64,000 bases of DNA from an uncultured Flavobacteriales bacterium (GTDB lineage Bacteria > Bacteroidota > Bacteroidia > Flavobacteriales > BACL11): contig CAXFOB010000033.1 in assembly GCA_964004625.1 (NCBI GenBank), forward strand, positions 23,820 to 87,819, written 5' to 3'. How positions within the stretch are numbered: the stretch's first letter is position 1; every line of letters starts with the position of its first letter. Positions 30,739-40,966 of the stretch are shown one piece after another. The notes below the pieces were generated by a model, which saw nothing but the letters and a program-made list of their open reading frames with translations, ran no database searches and was not told where the DNA came from. Made by a program: the position numbers and the translations under genes.

Positions 30739-31794
30739 ATGTTTGATTTACTGTTTAACATCGCTTTTCCCTTAGTAACATCTTTTATACTTACCTTTCT
30801 AGCCATTCCAAAGATCATTCATTTTTCAAGAAAGAGTAGGTTGTTTGCTAGCGTAGGTAAAAGAAACTCTCATATAGGGGAGATACCTATCTTTGGTGGA
30901 ATAGCAATATTTGCTGGTTTGTTATTTTCTTTAATTTTATGGGCGGAGTTAGAAAGTATACAATTTATACTTGTTAGTTTAATAATAGTATTTTTTATTG
31001 GAGTTTTAGATGATTTACTTTCTTTATCTCCTATGAGAAAATTAGCAGGTCAGATTTCTTCAATTTTAGTAATTATGTTTTTAGCAGAATTAAAAATAGA
31101 TAGTTTTCACGGTCTATTTGGAATTACTATTATTCCAGAATGGGTTTCAATATTATTCACAGTATTTGTATTTGTAGTTGTTACAAATGCATATAATTTA
31201 ATTGATGGAATTGATGGACTCGCGGGTGGGGTAGGAACTATTGCTGCTACTTTCTTTGGAGTAGTTTTTTTACTGAATCATGACATTCAGATGGCTATTT
31301 TATCTTTTACATTAGTAGGCTCCTTATTAGCATTTTTAAAATATAATTTTAATCCAGCTAGTATCTTTATGGGAGATACAGGTTCACTATTAATTGGTTT
31401 AATTTTATCAGTTTTATCAATAAGATTAATAAATACAGGAGTCAATATACCTCATGAAAAATTATATATTAATAAAGGTCCGTTTATTGTTATTGCTACC
31501 TTAGCAGTTCCTTTATACGATACCTTTAGGGTGTTTTGTATTCGTATTTTGTCCGGATATCATCCATTAAGACCGGATAGAAATCATATACATCATGCAT
31601 TACTAGATTTAGGTTTTGGACATAAAAAGGCTACACTAATCTTATATGTTTTTAGCCTATTTATCATGTTCCTATCGTACTTTATGATTAATATGAGTCT
31701 TGGCCTTTCTATATTTCTTTTGTCTATAATTGTATTAGGATTAATGGCTATTCCTTTTGTGATATTACAGATAAAAAAGAAAAGTGGTGCATAA
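30739..31794 (+). CDS. Undecaprenyl-phosphate GlcNAc-1-phosphate transferase (WecA/MraY family)
   Basis: PIFGGIAI, GVLDD, NAYNLIDGIDGLA, IFMGDTGS, DRNHIHH. Confidence 0.92.
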   Translation: MFDLLFNIAFPLVTSFILTFLAIPKIIHFSRKSRLFASVGKRNSHIGEIPIFGGIAIFAGLLFSLILWAELESIQFILVSLIIVFFIGVLDDLLSLSPMRKLAGQISSILVIMFLAELKIDSFHGLFGITIIPEWVSILFTVFVFVVVTNAYNLIDGIDGLAGGVGTIAATFFGVVFLLNHDIQMAILSFTLVGSLLAFLKYNFNPASIFMGDTGSLLIGLILSVLSIRLINTGVNIPHEKLYINKGPFIVIATLAVPLYDTFRVFCIRILSGYHPLRPDRNHIHHALLDLGFGHKKATLILYVFSLFIMFLSYFMINMSLGLSIFLLSIIVLGLMAIPFVILQIKKKSGA

Positions 31795-33358
31795 ATTTAA
31801 ACTTCTTTTTCTTTTTGAATTTTGTGTTATAATTGTTTATGCACAACAATCTAATTCTACTTTTTCTAGGAGTTTTAATTTATTTTCAGATAACGAACTA
31901 CATGTGATAGAAACAGATTATCATACAAGTATAAAACCTTTTTTACTGTCTAATTTGGATTCTACTGTAAAAAAAGAGAAAGGAACTTGGTTGTTTAGAA
32001 AATGGAATAAAGAACATTTTATCCAGTTAGAAAATGAGGAGTATAGCTTGGTAGTTAACCCAATTTTAAATATAATGATAGCTAAAGAAATGGGATCTGA
32101 AAAAACTGTTTGGAATAATACAAGAGGAATAATTGCAGATGGAAAGTTAGGAAGTAGATTCACTTTTTATTCATCTTTTTTAGAAAATCAATCTGTATTT
32201 CCTTCTTATTTAATGAATACAATTGTAGGGAAATCAGCTTGGATTGTACCAGGACAAGGAGAATCTCGTTGGTCTCTTGATTCTCTACTTGATTATACAA
32301 TGGCTTCTGGTCATTTTACATATAATCTCTCTAAATTTTCAGACATACAATTTGGTACAGGAAAGAATTTTATTGGAGATGGGTACCGATCTATGATATT
32401 ATCAGACAATGCTTTTAATTATCCTTTTCTAAGAGTTCAGACTGCAGCAGGTATTTTTCAATATACAAATCTATATATGGAACATATGGATTTAATATCT
32501 AACCCCTCAGAAGAATTTGCATATGATAAAAAATACATGACATTACACCACTTAAGTACTAATATTACAGACAGATTAAATGTTGGGATTTTTGAGTCTA
32601 TTATTTGGGAACATACTAGAACCCCAGAATTGTCGGGTTTTGATATTTCTTATTTAAATCCAATTATTTTTTTAAGACCAGTTGAGTTCTCTTTAAATTC
32701 ATCTGATAATGCATTAATGGGATTAAACTATAAATTTAAAACTACAAATAATTCTCATATTTATGGACAGTTTTTAATAGATGAACTTTCTTTACCTTCC
32801 TTAAATGCAGGAGATAATTGGTGGGGTAAAAAATATGCTTATCAAATGGGCGGAAAGTATTTTGATGCATTTGGATTAGATAATTTAATTTTTCAAATAG
32901 AATATAACTTTGCCAGACCATATACTTACTCTCATTATAATACTTCTCAAAATTATGGACATTATTTTCAGTCTTTAGCACATCCTTTAGGAGCTAATTT
33001 TAATGAGATTTTATTTTTTACAGATTATAAATGTAAAAAATGGGAGATTCATTCTCAATTAATGACAGCGAGATACGGAGGTAAAGTAAAAGGAGATTCT
33101 ACAAGCTTCGGAAATGATATTTTTATGTCAAATTCTGATAGACCTTCAGATTATAGTATAGAGATGTTTCAAGGAAATGACACGAAATTATTTTATTCCA
33201 AAACTACACTCTCGTATTTATTTAACCCAAAAACAAATCTTAAGATCGAGACTGGCTATGTATATAGAATGTTAGAGGACGATTATGGAAAATATAAAAC
33301 AAATTTTATTTTCTTTGCGTTTAAATCAGATTTATTCAACCGATATTACGATTTTTAA
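31784..33358 (+). CDS. Outer-membrane protein, RemB-like / capsule assembly Wzi-like
   Basis: Signal peptide. GKNFIGDGYRS..LSD, FD.SYLNPIIFLRPVE, RPYTYSH, LAHPLGANF motifs. Aromatic C-terminus YYDF. Confidence 0.6.
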   Translation: MVHKFKLLFLFEFCVIIVYAQQSNSTFSRSFNLFSDNELHVIETDYHTSIKPFLLSNLDSTVKKEKGTWLFRKWNKEHFIQLENEEYSLVVNPILNIMIAKEMGSEKTVWNNTRGIIADGKLGSRFTFYSSFLENQSVFPSYLMNTIVGKSAWIVPGQGESRWSLDSLLDYTMASGHFTYNLSKFSDIQFGTGKNFIGDGYRSMILSDNAFNYPFLRVQTAAGIFQYTNLYMEHMDLISNPSEEFAYDKKYMTLHHLSTNITDRLNVGIFESIIWEHTRTPELSGFDISYLNPIIFLRPVEFSLNSSDNALMGLNYKFKTTNNSHIYGQFLIDELSLPSLNAGDNWWGKKYAYQMGGKYFDAFGLDNLIFQIEYNFARPYTYSHYNTSQNYGHYFQSLAHPLGANFNEILFFTDYKCKKWEIHSQLMTARYGGKVKGDSTSFGNDIFMSNSDRPSDYSIEMFQGNDTKLFYSKTTLSYLFNPKTNLKIETGYVYRMLEDDYGKYKTNFIFFAFKSDLFNRYYDF

Positions 33359-33359
33359 A

Positions 33360-34034
33360 TTGGCTTTAATTTTAAATATAGAAACTTCCACAAAGAAATG
33401 TTCAGTTGCTTTGTTTGATAATCTTAGACTTGTTGCTGAGAAGTCATTGCTTTCTGAGAAGTACTCACATTCTGAAACTCTTACCGTTTTTATTGAAGAA
33501 ATTTTTAATGAGATTCAATATTCAATTAAGGAACTAGATGCTATATCCGTTAGTAAAGGTCCAGGTTCTTATACTGGTTTAAGAATTGGGGTTTCTACAG
33601 CAAAAGGACTAAGTTATGCCCTCAATAAACCACTTATTTCTATTTCAACACTAAAGTCAATGGCTTACTCTATGTCTAAAAAGAGAAAAGAATTTGATTT
33701 ATACTGTCCTATGATAGACGCTAGAAGAATGGAAGTTTTTTCTGCTTTTTATAATAAGAAAAATGAATTAGTGAGAGAGGTAAAAGCAGATATCATTGTT
33801 CCAGATTCTTATACTAATTTACTGTATAAGAAAATTTTATTTTTCGGAGACGGATCTTTAAAATGTAAGGATATGTTAGTCTCAGAGAATGCATATTTTG
33901 AAGAAGGTATTCATCCTTGTGCTTCAGATATGTCTGAGTTATCTTATCTAAAATATAAGAATAAAGAGTTCGAGGATGTCGCTTATTTTGAACCGTTTTA
34001 TTTAAAAGACTTTATTCCTGGAGTCAAGAAATAA
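33360..34034 (+). CDS. tsaB: tRNA threonylcarbamoyladenosine biosynthesis protein TsaB
   Basis: ILNIETST..CSVAL, GPGSYTGLRIG, IDARRMEV, FEPFYLK. Start moved to TTG 33360, just after the upstream stop. Confidence 0.93.
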   Translation: MALILNIETSTKKCSVALFDNLRLVAEKSLLSEKYSHSETLTVFIEEIFNEIQYSIKELDAISVSKGPGSYTGLRIGVSTAKGLSYALNKPLISISTLKSMAYSMSKKRKEFDLYCPMIDARRMEVFSAFYNKKNELVREVKADIIVPDSYTNLLYKKILFFGDGSLKCKDMLVSENAYFEEGIHPCASDMSELSYLKYKNKEFEDVAYFEPFYLKDFIPGVKK

Positions 34035-35816
34035 TTACTTTCTTCTACTTCTCCTTCCGCTATTGCTGTCTTTAAATCTACTCTTAAAAGATTTCCCACT
34101 TCCAGATTTTCTTTTATTCCCACTAATCTCACTTCTTCTATTCCCACTATACCCTTTTCTTCTTCTTCTTTCAGTGCTTGTTGATTTACCTCTTCTTTTC
34201 CCTCTATCATTTTTAGGTTTAGAAACTTCAACTGTAAGTTGATACCCGTTCCACTGGCTGTCTGCAAAACCTTTTAACACATCTTTTTCTGCAGTAGATT
34301 CTACTTCAAAGAAAGAGAATCCCTTCATTATATCAATTTTCCCAATTTGTAAATTTCTGTTTCTAGTGTATTCATTTACTAATCCTATTAAATTCTGAGG
34401 CTCTAATTTATGTGTTTTTCCTAGGTTAATAAAAAATCTTGTGAATCCTTCATCCGCATGTCTTTTTCTATCTCCTCCATCTTTTCGTTTTGACGTCGAG
34501 ATATTTAAGTCTGGAGCATTCTTATAAAAAGAAAGAAATCTATTAAACTCAGTAGAAACAAAATGCTTAACTAGATCTTCTTTGTTAAAATGAGATAGTT
34601 TTTCCTCTATAATTGGCAAATGTTTCTCTATTTGAGGACTTACATCTGTTTTTACAATTTTATCAATTAAATTAAGTAATTGAATTTCGCAAATTTCATC
34701 TCCTCCAGGAACTTTCTGCAGAATTAGATCTCTTTGAATCATCTTTTCTATAGATTGTAACTTCCTTTTTTCTCTACTATGAGATATGATAATCGAAATC
34801 CCTTTGTTTCCAGCTCTTCCGGTTCTCCCCGATCTATGAACATATACTTCATTGTCATCAGGAAGGTTATAATTGATAACATGTGTTAATTCATTAATAT
34901 CAATTCCCCTAGCTGCTACATCCGTTGCTACTAAAATTTGAAGATTTCTTTTTCGGAATCTATTCATTACATGATCTCTTTGAGCTTGTGATAAATCTCC
35001 ATGAATAGCATCCGCATTATAACCATCCTGCATTAACTTATCAGAAACATCTTTGGTTTCTCTCCTTGTCCTGCAAAATACAATACCATAAATATCAGGA
35101 TTAACATCGCATATTCTTCTTAATGCTTTATATCTATCTCTTGCGTTTACAACGTAGTAATGATGATCAACATTTTTCGCTCCTTCATTTCTGCCAGATA
35201 CCTCTATTCTATGAGGAGAGAACATGTAATCTTTTGTGATCTTTAAAACCTCCTTTGGCATTGTTGCAGAAAACAGAAGTGTTTGTTTCTCTTCAGGAGT
35301 TTCTGCTAAAATAGTATCCAAATCATCTTTAAATCCCATATTTAACATTTCATCCGCTTCATCTAAAACAACAAATTCAACATCTTTTAATTTTAATTTT
35401 TTTCTATTAATTAAGTCAATAACTCTTCCAGGTGTACCAACCACAATTTGACTTCCTGAGTTTAGCTTTCTTATTTGCGTTTGAATATTTGCTCCACCAT
35501 AAACAGCAGTAACTTTTAATTTCTTAGTGTATTTAGAATAAGTTTCTAAATCTTTTGCAATCTGAAGACAAAGTTCTCTGGTAGGACACAGAATTATAGA
35601 TTGAGTTTGAGTTTTGTTTTCATCTATTTTCTGAATAACTGGTAGTCCGAAAGCTGCAGTTTTACCAGTACCTGTTTGAGCAAGCGCTATCAAGTCTGTT
35701 TCTTCAGAAAGAACAAATGGAATAGCTTCTTTTTGAATAGGGGTAGGATTCTCAAATCCTAAATCTGTTATTGCTTTTAGGACGTCCTTATTTAATCCTA
35801 TTTCAGAAAATGTCAT
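34035..35816 (-). CDS. DEAD-box RNA helicase with DbpA-type RNA-binding domain (DeaD-like)
   Basis: AQTGTGKT, PTREL, DEAD, SAT, HRSGRTGRAG. Basic Arg-rich tail. Confidence 0.95.
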   Translation of the reverse strand: MTFSEIGLNKDVLKAITDLGFENPTPIQKEAIPFVLSEETDLIALAQTGTGKTAAFGLPVIQKIDENKTQTQSIILCPTRELCLQIAKDLETYSKYTKKLKVTAVYGGANIQTQIRKLNSGSQIVVGTPGRVIDLINRKKLKLKDVEFVVLDEADEMLNMGFKDDLDTILAETPEEKQTLLFSATMPKEVLKITKDYMFSPHRIEVSGRNEGAKNVDHHYYVVNARDRYKALRRICDVNPDIYGIVFCRTRRETKDVSDKLMQDGYNADAIHGDLSQAQRDHVMNRFRKRNLQILVATDVAARGIDINELTHVINYNLPDDNEVYVHRSGRTGRAGNKGISIIISHSREKRKLQSIEKMIQRDLILQKVPGGDEICEIQLLNLIDKIVKTDVSPQIEKHLPIIEEKLSHFNKEDLVKHFVSTEFNRFLSFYKNAPDLNISTSKRKDGGDRKRHADEGFTRFFINLGKTHKLEPQNLIGLVNEYTRNRNLQIGKIDIMKGFSFFEVESTAEKDVLKGFADSQWNGYQLTVEVSKPKNDRGKRRGKSTSTERRRRKGYSGNRRSEISGNKRKSGSGKSFKSRFKDSNSGRRSRRK

Positions 35817-35870
35817 ATCTTAAATTTTCTGTAAAACTACTCTTTTATTATGATTTAGAGTATTTAATCT

Positions 35871-35900
35871 AAAAAAAGCCCTTTCGTTATAAAAAGGATT
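35871..35900 (-). terminator. Possible weak terminator after the PLD-domain gene
   Basis: Minus strand TCCTTTT-TATAAC-GAAAGGG stem (two G-U pairs) followed by C and a T7 run. Confidence 0.3.
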
Positions 35901-35918
35901 TGATTAGTTTATTTTGTA

Positions 35919-38057
35919 CTATTGAATAATTACTTTTCTAATAGTGCTCTTTCCATTTTTCAGGAAAACTTTAATAAAGTAAGTTCCACTATAAGGTATC
36001 GTGAAGTAATTTAAAGTTGTTGAATTTATAATATCTCCATTTACACTATATATCTTTATACCTACTATAACCTCCTCAGAAAAAACTTTTATTTTCCCAT
36101 CACTAGGATTTGGAAATAATTCTACGCTAATATTATTCAGCGACTCTATTTCAGTAGAGGAGAGTTCCTGCCATCTTTTTTCGAATTCTTGAAGATAAAT
36201 GTTTGCAATGGTTCCATCATGTATTATTAAAGTATTTTCATCAGAATTATTTTCGGCATTTGCACTCCAATTATGTGAACCTGTTAATATAGAAGGGTTT
36301 GATCCATTAATATTTGCGTCTGCAATTGCATATTTATGATGAAATTGATGAGTAACTCCAGTATGACTTTTTACATTCACCCCATTAGCAATTAAATTAT
36401 CATACTCACTACCAGTGACATTTTGTTGTTCAATTATACCTCTAATTCCAATATTAAATCCTGTAAGTTTCTTGTCCACAACCGCATCACCTATATCATT
36501 TTTAGTAAATGAAAGGATCCCAAACTCTAATGTATAGTCAACATTATTTATAAACTCAATGATTTTAGTTGTTGTTTGATCCGAAGGAGAAAAATACAAT
36601 TCTATTTCTATTCCGTTTACATTAAATAGATGTGGAGTGTTATCTTCTTTATGATGTCCAAAAGTTCCTGACCACATTTCTTCAAATTCTAATGTATAGG
36701 CCTTAGCTAAAGCTTGGTCTTGTATAAAAATTAAATTATTATAATCATTAAAAAGATTTGATGGATTTGTCCAGTTTGTTGAGCCACTTAATATCCAAGA
36801 ATTTGTTACTGAACCTACATCAATTATAATAAATTTATTATGCATAATTCCAGCAATAGCTGGGTTTCTATAAACAATTGGTATGTTTGGGTCTAAACTA
36901 TTTAACATTGAGTTTGTAACATCATCATCAGCAATATAACGAACCTGTACTCCTCTATTATACGCATCATTGATTGCAGTTGCGATTGTTGCATCAGATG
37001 CATTATAAACACAGATATCTAAAGTGTTTTGAGCTAAATCCATATAGGCTTTTATCGTGTCGTTAAAATATGTTGTTATATTCTGAGCATTAACACCAGT
37101 AGAAAATGAATTATCTACAGTATGGTTAAAATATGGTCTTATTTTACCTGATGAATTTGATGAGGTGGTATATACTCCTATATTAGAAAAAGCCGTATCA
37201 CTACCGTTAATAGAGAAACATTGCACATAATAGACAGTAGCAGGCTGTAAACCATTTAATATTATACTGTGAGAACTTGCATTTCCTCCATTATTAATCG
37301 TGTTTCCTAATAAATTGGTTGTTCCATAATAACAGTTAGTGCTTCCATTCATCGATGTATTCCAACTTAATTCGAAACTATTAGTAGTAATATTATCTTG
37401 AGACACAGCAGAAGTTAACATAATGTTGGTTGGTAAGATAATATCTATAGAATCTCTAACAAGAATTTGATATCCATCATTTGCAGGTATTGAGAATGTA
37501 TATTGTGAAGAGATTCCAATTATTGAAACTGGAATTAAAGGAATAAAAGTTCCTAATAACGGGCTACTTGCATGTATGTAGATTTTTCCTTGTTGACCAT
37601 TTGAAGTGAAATCATATGTTGTATTAGCAAACACACTTCCTCCTTGTGAGAAAACAGCATTATCAATTCTAATTAACTCACTTTCTGTAGTTTCTCCTAT
37701 TTGTGATGGATTTATGATTTGTGGTGATGGCAATATATTTCCAGTTGAATGTATAATTGCTGGACTATTTGGATTCATTTCCAAGAGACCATTATAATCA
37801 ACAAGTAATCCTGTAATTGTAATGCTATCTCCTCTGACAACTCCGTTTAAATAATTATTTGTTGTTAGATCATATATAGCAATTCCTCCAGTAACGTCTT
37901 CAACATATCTTATTATCCCTAATTCATCTCCGTTAGTCACAATCCCGCTAACTGTTACAGTAGATCCAATTCCTTGAGATCTTGCAGTTGCAATATCTTG
38001 AGAGAAACTTGTTATTGATACTAAGTATGATAAAATTAATAAAGTTGTCTTTTTCAT
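35919..38057 (-). CDS. T9SS-secreted phospholipase D-superfamily protein (OB-fold-like + FN3 + two HKD domains)
   Basis: Signal peptide. IATAR...VTVSGIVT...GDSITITG OB-like N-terminus. FN3-like LSWNT...GLQPATVYY. MHNKFIIID...SGSTNWT and FHHKYAIAD...TGSHNWS...DEN. LFPNP CTD. Confidence 0.85.
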   Translation of the reverse strand: MKKTTLLILSYLVSITSFSQDIATARSQGIGSTVTVSGIVTNGDELGIIRYVEDVTGGIAIYDLTTNNYLNGVVRGDSITITGLLVDYNGLLEMNPNSPAIIHSTGNILPSPQIINPSQIGETTESELIRIDNAVFSQGGSVFANTTYDFTSNGQQGKIYIHASSPLLGTFIPLIPVSIIGISSQYTFSIPANDGYQILVRDSIDIILPTNIMLTSAVSQDNITTNSFELSWNTSMNGSTNCYYGTTNLLGNTINNGGNASSHSIILNGLQPATVYYVQCFSINGSDTAFSNIGVYTTSSNSSGKIRPYFNHTVDNSFSTGVNAQNITTYFNDTIKAYMDLAQNTLDICVYNASDATIATAINDAYNRGVQVRYIADDDVTNSMLNSLDPNIPIVYRNPAIAGIMHNKFIIIDVGSVTNSWILSGSTNWTNPSNLFNDYNNLIFIQDQALAKAYTLEFEEMWSGTFGHHKEDNTPHLFNVNGIEIELYFSPSDQTTTKIIEFINNVDYTLEFGILSFTKNDIGDAVVDKKLTGFNIGIRGIIEQQNVTGSEYDNLIANGVNVKSHTGVTHQFHHKYAIADANINGSNPSILTGSHNWSANAENNSDENTLIIHDGTIANIYLQEFEKRWQELSSTEIESLNNISVELFPNPSDGKIKVFSEEVIVGIKIYSVNGDIINSTTLNYFTIPYSGTYFIKVFLKNGKSTIRKVIIQ

Positions 38058-38068
38058 TTTTTTACTTT

Positions 38069-40903
38069 TTAAAAATTAATTTTTGCTGAAATATTAAATC
38101 TTCTACCAAGTCCGAAAAATACACCGGCAGATTTTGCGTCAAAATCTTGATAGTTTGCATTGTAAGGGTCATTATTTTGTGCGTCAGAAATATAAATCTT
38201 ATCTAATAGATTGAGAATGCTAAACTTAATATCTAATTTGTTTTTAGGAGTTATACTAATTTTATAACCTGCATGTAAATCTATTAATTGATATGCAGGT
38301 ATCTTCCAGCTTTCCCTACCCGCATTTTCTCCATTTAAACTTAAAGGATCAAAATCAGAATAGTAATCATCAAAATGAGTTCCCCTAACTTTTAAGTAAG
38401 AATTGCTTGTTGGTTCATATCTTAGACTAATCCCATATTGAGTTTGTGCAGCATCACCAACATGTACTCTCTCAGCATTAAAAGTTGCGATAACTTCATT
38501 CCCAGATTCATCTATTACAGGATTGTTATCATCATCATAAAAACGTACTGTATCAGATGAAGTCCATCTCCAATCTCCTAATGAAACAAGACCTTCCAAA
38601 GTTAGTTTATTACTTAGTTTATAAGCAAAATCCATTTCAATTCCTTGATGAAGTGCATTCATTCCATTGATATTTGCTCTATACGGAACTTCATCTACCT
38701 CAATTATAACCCCTCCATTAGAGGGTTTATTTATCCATGAAGTATGATATGCATTTAAGTTAGCAGATAAAGATCTAGAACGATAGGAATACCCTCCTTC
38801 AACAGCTTTAACTTGTTCGTTTTGTATGTCTCTAAAAAGTTGATTATTATAGTCAAAGACATTATTAAACCTTGGAGCTTTTGAAATGTATCCAATATTA
38901 AAGAATACATTATTTAGTTCATCAATATTATAATTTATTCCTGTTTTAATTGTAAATCCTTTTATCCACTTCCAATCTGTAATAGCACTTCTAGCTTCTG
39001 GAGAATTCATTGTATATTTTTGTCCATTATATTCAAATGTGTCGACTGATATTGTTTTATGATATCCATTTGGGTTAAGAGAAGATATGTATATAGAGTC
39101 TTGTAACAAAGCAACTGAAGTTCCTAATACTTCAGAAAATGTTGTGTCAGATAAAACCAAATCTTTCTTTTTAAAGTAATCATGCCTACTATATCCAGAA
39201 TTAGACCCAGAAATATTAAAGAAAGTTGAAACTTTTCCATTATTATATTCTACTTGCCCAAACCCTCCTATCCATTTTACAAAACCGTCATTATGATATC
39301 CTACAATATCCCCTACATTCTTCACTTGAGTTAATTGTAATTCATTTGATTCATCAATTGCATAATCTCCTCCTAATAAATCATAAACTTCTCTATAGTG
39401 CTCTCCTTTATATGTTCTTAAGTCTAGCCCTCCAGAGATTGATATTTTTTCAGAGGGGTTATAATTAGCCGTAGAAAGGATACCGTACCAATAATGATTG
39501 TTAATAGAGCTTCTTAAGTAAGTACTAGCCTTAAAATCAGTATCCGAATATAAAGGATCTATATATGATCCACTAGAACTAGCGCTGTCAACATTTCCAT
39601 TATATGCATCTTGCAAATTGTATTGACCAAAGACATCATAATTATTTGTGTTACCACTTATTCCAGTACCACCACCATTTCCAATAGAAGCATACAAAAT
39701 ATTAGAAACATAGAATTTTTCATTTACAACCCAAAAATGTCTTAACGAATATTGTGGTTTATGGAAATAGTTTTGTTTTGTATTTAAAATAGAATGATTA
39801 TGGATTGTATCTCCATTTGCATCTAATGTCCATCTGTCAATATTTCCCCAATGCTTGTTGTAGTCAATACCTTGATTTATAATTCTTCCTTCAAAAGAAG
39901 ATGTATCCCCTAATGATTGAGCAAAAGTTGTGTCGTAAGTTGCAATATCGCTTTTATAACTTCTTTGACCGTGTTTTTGTGGAGCTCCCATTGCAGAAAA
40001 TGTCAAGGTATGATTTCCGATTTCTTTTTGAATTTTTGCATAATAAAAATACCCTTCAGTCCAAGTTTCTTCTACAAATCCGTTCCCTCTCTTATAAGAA
40101 CCTGCTAGAGTGAATCCCCAACCATTATCCATTTTCCCTGAGTTATATCCAATAGAAGTTTTGAGTCTCCCAAAAGAACCGATATCTTGTTTTATAGTTC
40201 CACTTTGCTTATTTCCAATACCTTTTGTAATAATATTCATTGTACCTCCAACAGAAGGTATAGCAATTTTTGAAGCTCCTAATCCTCTCTGAACTTGAAT
40301 ATTTGAGGTTACCGCATCTAATCCTGACCAATTAGACCAATATACCCATCCATTTTCCATGTCGTTTACCGGAATACCGTCAATCATAACTGCTACATTT
40401 CTTTGATTAAATCCTCTAATTGTTATTCTAGCATCTCCATCACCACCTCCACTCTGAGTAGCATAAACACCAGGGGTTGAATTCAGAATCATTGGAATAT
40501 CTTGTGAAGCTAATTCTTCATTTACTTTCTTTAATGAAATAGTAGAAAAGGCAACAGGAGTTTCTCTCTCTTTTGCCACATCTCCAACAATATGTACTTC
40601 CGAGAGTTGAATAGGTTTTAATTTGAATTTTACTATAACAGTATTTCCTTCCGCTTTTATTGATTTACTTTGCTGTTGATATCCTACATATGAAACAGTT
40701 ATTTTTCTGTCACCATTAGGAACTGAAAACGAAAAGTTTCCATCATAATCAGCAGAAATTCCCATCCCTTTTCCATAAACAATAGACGCTCCGATTAAAG
40801 TTTCCCCAGTATTAGCATCTATTACACTTCCACTAATTGTAGTATTTTGTCCATAAATAAAAGTAGTAAAAAGACTAAGAATTAGAAGTAAGTATTGTTT
40901 CAT
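38069..40903 (-). CDS. TonB-dependent receptor with carboxypeptidase-regulatory-like N-terminal domain
   Basis: GETLIGAS...VSYVGY, plug domain ITIRGF...IDGIPVND, QVQRGLG, C-terminal NLLDKIY...KINF. Confidence 0.92.
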   Translation of the reverse strand: MKQYLLLILSLFTTFIYGQNTTISGSVIDANTGETLIGASIVYGKGMGISADYDGNFSFSVPNGDRKITVSYVGYQQQSKSIKAEGNTVIVKFKLKPIQLSEVHIVGDVAKERETPVAFSTISLKKVNEELASQDIPMILNSTPGVYATQSGGGDGDARITIRGFNQRNVAVMIDGIPVNDMENGWVYWSNWSGLDAVTSNIQVQRGLGASKIAIPSVGGTMNIITKGIGNKQSGTIKQDIGSFGRLKTSIGYNSGKMDNGWGFTLAGSYKRGNGFVEETWTEGYFYYAKIQKEIGNHTLTFSAMGAPQKHGQRSYKSDIATYDTTFAQSLGDTSSFEGRIINQGIDYNKHWGNIDRWTLDANGDTIHNHSILNTKQNYFHKPQYSLRHFWVVNEKFYVSNILYASIGNGGGTGISGNTNNYDVFGQYNLQDAYNGNVDSASSSGSYIDPLYSDTDFKASTYLRSSINNHYWYGILSTANYNPSEKISISGGLDLRTYKGEHYREVYDLLGGDYAIDESNELQLTQVKNVGDIVGYHNDGFVKWIGGFGQVEYNNGKVSTFFNISGSNSGYSRHDYFKKKDLVLSDTTFSEVLGTSVALLQDSIYISSLNPNGYHKTISVDTFEYNGQKYTMNSPEARSAITDWKWIKGFTIKTGINYNIDELNNVFFNIGYISKAPRFNNVFDYNNQLFRDIQNEQVKAVEGGYSYRSRSLSANLNAYHTSWINKPSNGGVIIEVDEVPYRANINGMNALHQGIEMDFAYKLSNKLTLEGLVSLGDWRWTSSDTVRFYDDDNNPVIDESGNEVIATFNAERVHVGDAAQTQYGISLRYEPTSNSYLKVRGTHFDDYYSDFDPLSLNGENAGRESWKIPAYQLIDLHAGYKISITPKNKLDIKFSILNLLDKIYISDAQNNDPYNANYQDFDAKSAGVFFGLGRRFNISAKINF

Positions 40904-40920
40904 GAATCAAATTTCACCCT

Positions 40921-40950
40921 AAAATACTGATGGTTGGTCATCAATATTTT
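40921..40950 (-). promoter_or_regulatory. Intergenic RNA hairpin between the lamin-tail gene and the TonB-dependent receptor
   Basis: Minus strand AAAATATTGATG-ACCAAC-CATCAGTATTTT: 12-bp stem with one U-G pair. Confidence 0.55.
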
Positions 40951-40966
40951 TAATAATTTGTATATA

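Noticed and set aside
35919..38057. PLD-domain protein as an anti-phage defence nuclease next to a helicase
   Set aside because: It has a signal peptide and T9SS CTD, so it is exported. The neighbour is an ordinary DEAD-box RNA helicase separated by about 100 nt.
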